A DNA stretch of 59,921 bases, the filler included, from Sphacelaria rigidula (taxonomy: Eukaryota), in NCBI GenBank assembly GCA_964200075.2. It is 3 parts of 3 records of this genome, joined end to end, with 100 filler letters (N's around TTAATTAATTAA, not from the genome) between each part and the next. Parts side by side here need not be neighbours in the genome. Positions count along the whole stretch, not along the records: positions 40,022 to 59,921 come from CAXNAA020000591.1; 2 more parts are not named here. The stretch is one strand, 5' to 3'. Of this stretch, positions 54,201 through 59,921 are shown piece after piece. How positions within the stretch are numbered: the stretch's first letter is position 1; each line of letters opens with the position of its first letter. The position numbers were made by a program, and so were the translations under genes. Below the pieces are notes generated by a model, which was given only the letters and a program-made list of their open reading frames with translations, made no database searches and had not been told where the DNA came from.

Positions 54201-57200
54201 GCTGCTGTAGGTCCCGATGTGCAGCATTCTAACTGCATAGTAGAAGCGTCTCAAACTTTTTGAGTCATGTATTCGTCTCTTTTTGAACATGCTTGAACCG
54301 CCGGCCGAGTCACCGGGGAGCTGTTTCCCATCTCATGATGCTTCCAAGTCGCCGATCAGAAGAGATGTGATGTGCAATACTGTGTGTTCCATGTTGTTCC
54401 TTGTTATTCTGCACAATACCTCACTGGATTAAATTCGAGCAGCGCCGTATTTTCCCTCAGATATTGATCGCCGTATTCTCCAGCTGTGATTCCCCCCCCC
54501 CCCCCGTGCAAGACTCTAGTCTCAAAAGGAGTAGAGCGCGCGGAAGGCCGATGACCCTCGCGTCGATAAGGCGTGAAGCGTATTAACTCCATGCTTCCGC
54601 AAAAGTACCGCTTATCCTTTCGAGTGCGCGATGGTCGGAGATCTTTTGGTGTGGGAAGGCTTCTGTTTGTACAGGATTTATCCATCAAATCAACTAAAAA
54701 TGAGCAGTTGCAGTGACGTAGTAGACTGTCTCGACTGCAAACAGTGGAGCCCAACGGACGATATTTGAAGGTTCTCACACTAGCCGTTCTGTTAGTCGGC
54801 AATTAGACTGCGGCTGGCTGTGGTGCTCAATCCCCCGAAGACTGACTGAAGTGGATTCAGTCATCCACCGCGGCAGTTGTTTTCCAGAAATATGCGGCAT
54901 GTTCCTCGTTTTGCTGCTGCTACTTCTGCTACAACTGCATAGAGTAATGGTATGTACCCGTAAATCACAAAACATACCCACGCCCTTGCCGCAATTTCGG
55001 ATTCAGGACATTCAATGCGACTTATACCAATTTTGTACCCCATCATAGATCCACACTGTGGTTAGACTATGTGAAATACGCGGTCTTTATCATACTCGAT
55101 GGCGAAAAATGAATTTCTATACCCAACGCGGCAATCAACAATGTATGTTATTTGAAATAGGTGGGAACGCATGGAGGACTTGTGTCGAGAATTGTTCGAG
55201 TCGGCGAACCTCCAGCTCAGGGCGCCGCCGACCGTGACCCTCTTCGATGTTTACGTTGACCCCGGAGCGAGAGAGTTCCGACCATGGAAGGATATCGTAA
55301 AACCCTTCACTTACGACCCAGCGGCGTCGTACTTCGAGATGATGGTGCCCACGGTTGACACCACGAGATTCAGCAGTATATTCAGCGCGCTCATTACACA
55401 GGTAGGTGTCGTACCTACCTTGCTGTCCCCGCGCACGCCAGTCCCCCAAAAGACAAGAAATACTACCACTAACGACCTTACGGATACTATCTCTTCAAAA
55501 CCACCACCACCACCAACAACAACAACAATAACAACAACAACAACAAGAGACAGAGAGATATTGACATAGAGCCCACCACAACGTCACTGTTGAATGACCT
55601 GTGTCTGAAAGTAAGCACTCTTATTCCCGTGTAACGCATTCGGGAATTTCCGATTTATGGATCTAATCTCTTCGGGGTACCCCCTCCCCTCCCCCCCCCC
55701 TCGCATGCATGGAATCGTTTGATGCATTAGACAGTAGGGAGAAAACGATGGTTATACTCGGAGATTGATGGTGGCCAAAGACGGCGAAACAGGACGGGGA
55801 AAAAATATGTAAAAGGTTTTTGTGCAATTCAGGGAAAAAAACGTAATGAGCCATGGCAGAAACGTAACGAGTGCCGGAATGTTGGAGGTGTCTTATTAGG
55901 AGTAGGAACGGTGCTCCGTCTCGAAAGGGATGCGTGGTCAAAGGTCAAACGACTAAGGCAAGCAACAAATGAGTACCCCCCCCTCATGTGTTCGCGCGCT
56001 TAGAAGTTCTCGTCGCCTCATGTCCCGTAGTATACGTCATTTTTCGATCGCCCATACTTTCTTTCGCTATTTTTGTTGTTTTTACCATCGTACGAATCTT
56101 GCACCGAGTCAAACCCCCTGCTTGCTAACTACCCTCGCTCGTCGAGTTTTTCCGGCTGCTCGACGCTCACGTAGACACCGGGCCTTCGCCCTCACGGTTC
56201 GCTCACAACAGTCTATCGAAAACATGCACATGAAATATAATGAAACAAACAGAACAAGCCGGTGTTCATCACGGGAATGACGGGAACAGGCAAGACAGTC
56301 ATGGTCCAAAACCTCTTGACGTCTCTGGAGCCTTCGGTGGACGACGGGGGGCAGTGCGTTGTGCCCATGACGGTTAATTTTTCGGCGCAGACATCTTCGC
56401 TGGTTACTCAGGTGCAGTACGATATCGAGACAGGGGTCAATATCCTTCGTTTCACAATATCCTAACTTGTAAAGCATGACGGTACAACCGGGTACACCGT
56501 GTGCATCGTATCGTAGTGTACTCTGACGATACCACCCTTCGAGTCACTCTTCGATAGGAGGGGGGGCGGGGGAGGTTGCTCCACGAGAAAAAGTGTTCAT
56601 GGGTGTGTTAGACGACCCACCACACTCGCGGTGCGCTTGGTTTTGGATAAAAACGGTGGCAAGCAGTATGAATGAGCATTATTATTCATCGGTAACAAGC
56701 GCTTTTAAGATACCGTTGCTGCTTTCAACGTCGATTTGAAGTAGAATATCGTGGAAAAAATGGCCCGAAATACCCCCTCCCTCCATCGTAGACCCCCTTT
56801 GGGGTTGGCGTCGGTTGGCAATGACGCGCTGCAGAACACTCCACTCGCTGCGTAAGCTAGGCTGCCAGGTTACCGTTTTCAATACGCACTTGCGTTTTTT
56901 CTGTGGTAACCATAATGGTGGCCGAGCTAGATCGTATTGTGCGAGGTGGGAGAACCTCAATTCCGCGCAAAGGGGATGGTCATACTACGTGGTGCTTACA
57001 TGGTGTTACCCACGAGGCAGTATGTACGCCGTGACGGTCTCTGGAAGTAGCGATACCAGAAGATGAAGCAACTCCTTGGAGGCTGTCATTCAAGTTCAAG
57101 ATGGTCAGTACGCTTCGGGCCGAATAATCTTAGCAGGATGTAGGTCAGTCTTCATGTGACTCGACGACCATACCACGGCACTTCGCGCTGGGTGATTGAT

Positions 57201-59320
57201 TGCGAGCCTGGTCCGGGGGAAACCCGGCGTGCTCCGTCCCGGCTTTGTAGGGATGCTAGATTAATGGTCATATGACTGTACTTTACTGTGTATATACTTG
57301 ACGGGAGACTTGAGATACGGGTAATCAACCACGAGTACCATGTGAGTAAAAAATCTCTATAAATCGACTGAACAATACTTCGAGGTTACCTGGCATCTCT
57401 ATGTTTGTGGTTTTAGACTGTAACGGAATAGCGTTCTCCTTTTTTTTTTTTGCTATTGAACAAATGACGTATTGGCCGAAAAAATAGCAAAACAAACAAG
57501 GATACGCATTTCTCATTTCATTTGTAGCTATGCGTGGGCGTACAGCGCAAAATATATCGCTTTCCTACAACAAGACATTCAGCATACCCTCAACGGCCAT
57601 GAGAAGGAACGCACGAAGACTTTGTTTCCCATAACTATTTCGTTTCGATCTAGGAAAACCTGAACGCCAGCGCGCGACCCTCGTTCGTCGATTAACGTCT
57701 ACAGTAGTACTTAAAATAGAATCTTCAAGATTTGCCAGATCAAATTTCCACGGTGCTGTATCTTGCACGTAGTGCCCCCCTAAGCGGTATGGCTTCGGCT
57801 TCAGCGTGGTATTACACAAGCCGAGTCGGAATAACGCAAGCGAGACTTCACACTAAATCAATCCGGTGCAGCCTCTTGAAAACATCATGCCAGGCGAAAG
57901 CTAAACACAGATTATCTTATCGCACGCACGAAAGCTTGCGGGACCTCTATTCGCACAGAAAAAATCGTTAAACCTTCTTTACCCCCTTGCCCTTCCTCGG
58001 CGCAAGCTCTCGAAGGGATCAGCCCATACCTGTCCCTATACATGGCTGACATTTTTGGCATCACGAGTTGGATCATGACTATCAGCATTCCTGCACCGCA
58101 TCAACTCTCGTCGCATTTTTTATGCTGCAACTCATGTCCTCGAGTGGTCGAAGACGGAAATAAGATACTACTGGAGGGAGGGAAACGTCCAGTAAAGTAT
58201 TTCCTGGTATTTGAACCCTCAACTCCGCGCCTTCTTGATCGTATTTCTTCAGGCCTCGATCGAGGGAAAACTAGAGAAGAAGCGGAAGAATCTCTTGGGC
58301 GCCCCTGCGGGAAAAAAGGCAAGATCCGCCCGAGGGTTTCGGATACATCGTACGATCACGATCGGCACAATATGTTGATGGAATCCTTTCGATCTTTCAT
58401 GGTGTGTCCGTGTCGTTCCGTGACCTTCTCAGACCCGGTATATGATCGCGTGCGTCGTCGTCGTTGCCCTTCCCTTGGAATACGTGCATTGAAAGCACAT
58501 CAAAGTTCGAAAGCAAAAGCCTCCATAAATAGCGGGCCAATCGAGGAATCTAGAACGGTTGCAACGGATGTGTGAGTCGTGGAAATTCCCGCCGTTGGTT
58601 TACAGCCGGGCATACCAGCGACGACAATGATGTGAAGTGATTTTATGGGAGATAAGATGTGAAATATGCGCAAGGAGAATCGGGACCGGCGCGAGTCAAG
58701 ACACGAGGCAAAAGGTTGTCACAATTCATATTGGGGATTTTCGGGGGACAAACTATTACAGGTCACATGTTGTATTTATTGCACATCCCATATTTGTGCA
58801 TGTTTTGCCCCGCCGATCCAATCGTGACGAATATGAGGCCCTACAGCGGCGTAACCTACATTTCGCACAGGTCAATGAGTTTCTCTTCTCTCCGCGTTTT
58901 CCCACATACAACCGTTGGTCAACCGAGGGGTGCTTGAAAACTTGAACTATACATATACGCGAGTGTTAACTCGCAGTAATCCCTTCCCCAGTTGGGCCTA
59001 CGATGAAGAACTCAAAATCACTGTTGATGTTGTTTCAGTTTTGCTCATGCTTCCCGTCGTCGGAAACCACGACGAAGATGAAAACACGGCGTCAACATCA
59101 GTAATGCGGCGTACTCTCCCGCTTCGATACCCTTCTCTCTGCCATGTATTTGCATATTTCAGGCATTTGTTTTACCCTGAGACAACCGATGAAACTGATG
59201 AAACGCATGTGTCGCTCGTGGTAGGTGGTGATATTCGTGGACGATGTGAACATGCCAGTGGTGGAGGAATACGGCGCACAGGCCCCTATCGAACTTCTTC
59301 GACAATTCCTCGACTTCAAG
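42143..59320 (+). CDS. Axonemal (inner-arm, DNAH6-like) dynein heavy chain, motor region AAA1 end to AAA3; partial, 13 exons
   Basis: Exons 42143-42316, 43059-43208, 43890-43982, 45412-45579, 47325-47470, 48110-48221, 51204-51329, 51761-51928, 53236-53357, 55161-55401, 56253-56411, 58253-58318, 59225-59320 (607 codons, phases consistent). Hallmarks: [32 protein letters not shown], Walker A GPTGAGKT (AAA2), [40 protein letters not shown], Walker A GMTGTGKT (AAA3), [16 protein letters not shown] and [12 protein letters not shown]. Confidence 0.95.
44059..44184. mobile_element. piggyBac-like MITE hairpin in a dynein intron
   Basis: TTAA|TCCTTTTGGAACTCATTGACGATTTT...AAAATCGTCAATGGGTTCCCAAAGGG|TTAG; ~45-bp imperfect TIRs containing TGCCGATTCA. 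Confidence 0.7.
45191..45256. repeat. (TAC)22 microsatellite, intronic
   Basis: Read directly from the sequence. Confidence 0.97.
46200..46465. mobile_element. MITE with ~75-bp TIRs in a dynein intron
   Basis: GTGCTCTTCCTGGCCTAGAGTCATGACAAATGACTTTCATATGGACGACCTCATGCCCCCCGAC... matches the reverse complement of 46390-46465. Confidence 0.75.
50050..50330 (+). repeat. Family-2 repeat, 3' half
   Basis: Matches 57040-57280; ends CATGAGTACACCTCCCACCCCC. Confidence 0.75.
52740..52832. repeat. Hairpin (~38-bp stem) with an AATCA-repeat loop
   Basis: GCACCGGTATCAAAGGTACCGGCATACAGCGTT pairs with AACGCTGCATGCCGGTACGTTTGATACCGGTGC. Confidence 0.75.
55705..55984 (+). mobile_element. 5'-truncated copy of the LINE 3' end, in a dynein intron
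   Basis: Colinear with 25775-26025 (ATCGTTTGATGCATTA...TGGTGGCCA...GGTGCTCCGTCTCGAAAGGGATGCGTGG...ATGAGTACCCC); C tracts on both sides. Confidence 0.85.
56570..57280 (+). repeat. Longest copy of a ~0.7 kb dispersed repeat ('family 2') with a G-run 5' boundary and LINE-like 3' tail
   Basis: Homologous pieces at 11470-11620, 26165-26268, 39645-39921, 40022-40120, 40124-40600 and 50050-50330. Shared blocks: CACACTCGCGGTGCGCTTG, CTGGAAGTGGCGATACCAGAAAAT.AAGCAACTC, CCCGGCGTGCTCCGTCCCGGCTTTGTAGGGATGCG. Confidence 0.8.
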
Positions 59321-59500
59321 GTGAGAAAATGTGCACAAACAGCGCTACTCCTGCGGAAGCGGTTCGTTGCTGTCGAAACACCAAAGAAAGCAGTCCATGC
59401 CAATCGCGTTCGTTCACCGTACGAAGGGATGGCCGACTTTGAATATATTTTCCCTCTTCCCCCTCAAGGATAACTTTCGAGTACACAGGTACATGCATGC

Positions 59501-59564
59501 ATACATACATACATACATACATACATACATACATACATACATACATACATACATACATACATAC
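59501..59564. repeat. (ATAC)16 microsatellite, intronic
   Basis: Read directly from the sequence. Confidence 0.97.
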
Positions 59565-59921
59565 GTACTTACTGTTCACTCCGCTTGTCTCACTTTTTTG
59601 TTTCGCCCAGTTTAGTTTTTCTTCAGCGGGCGTTCTCGTTTCGTTTCACCTCGGGCACGTCTATCTTTGGGATAATGACCATATCTGGGTCCCTCGGGCT
59701 CAGTTAATGTGCGGTAATCGACAAAAAATGCTCACGTACGCGCATGAGCACACACGTACTTAAATATGCTCGCCAATGCTAAACGTAAGTTTAGCGCTCT
59801 CGAAAAATGGACTACGAAGGCATCGAACACGTTGTGATTATCGAGCCAGGAGACACGCTTACATGTTCAAATCGAAAAAAAAAAAAAACGGGTTGATTCA
59901 AAAATATAAAAAAAAGGAAAA

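Noticed and set aside
1-59921. Functional cluster of spherulin, membrane protein and dynein genes
   Set aside because: They lie on separate, artificially joined contigs.

Overview
Eukaryotic, intron-rich nuclear DNA, most consistent with a brown alga (Phaeophyceae). This is inferred from short exons, 0.4-7 kb repeat-filled introns, ...AAACAG-type acceptors and an axonemal dynein. The window is not contiguous. Three ~19.9 kb pieces (1-19913, 20014-39921, 40022-59921) are joined by identical artificial 100-nt spacers (N44-TTAATTAATTAA-N44). Each piece carries one partial + strand gene that could be spliced by hand with consistent intron phases. (1) A probably secreted spherulin-4/GH135 (Sph3-like) protein with one intact-looking domain and the start of a second, degenerate tandem copy that shares intron positions. 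(2) An uncharacterised multipass membrane protein, loosely TRP_C/FLC-like, with long low-complexity loops. (3) 13 exons of a DNAH6-like axonemal dynein heavy chain (AAA1 end to AAA3), with one or two GC-AG introns. Introns and intergenic DNA hold a decayed APE-RT LINE with 3'-end copies, an RTE-like fragment, a ~0.7 kb G/C-bounded repeat sharing the LINE's 3' end, piggyBac-like and other MITE hairpins, a palindromic 43-bp array, a tRNA-like Pol III relic and microsatellites. All calls come from reading the sequence; no database searches were run.
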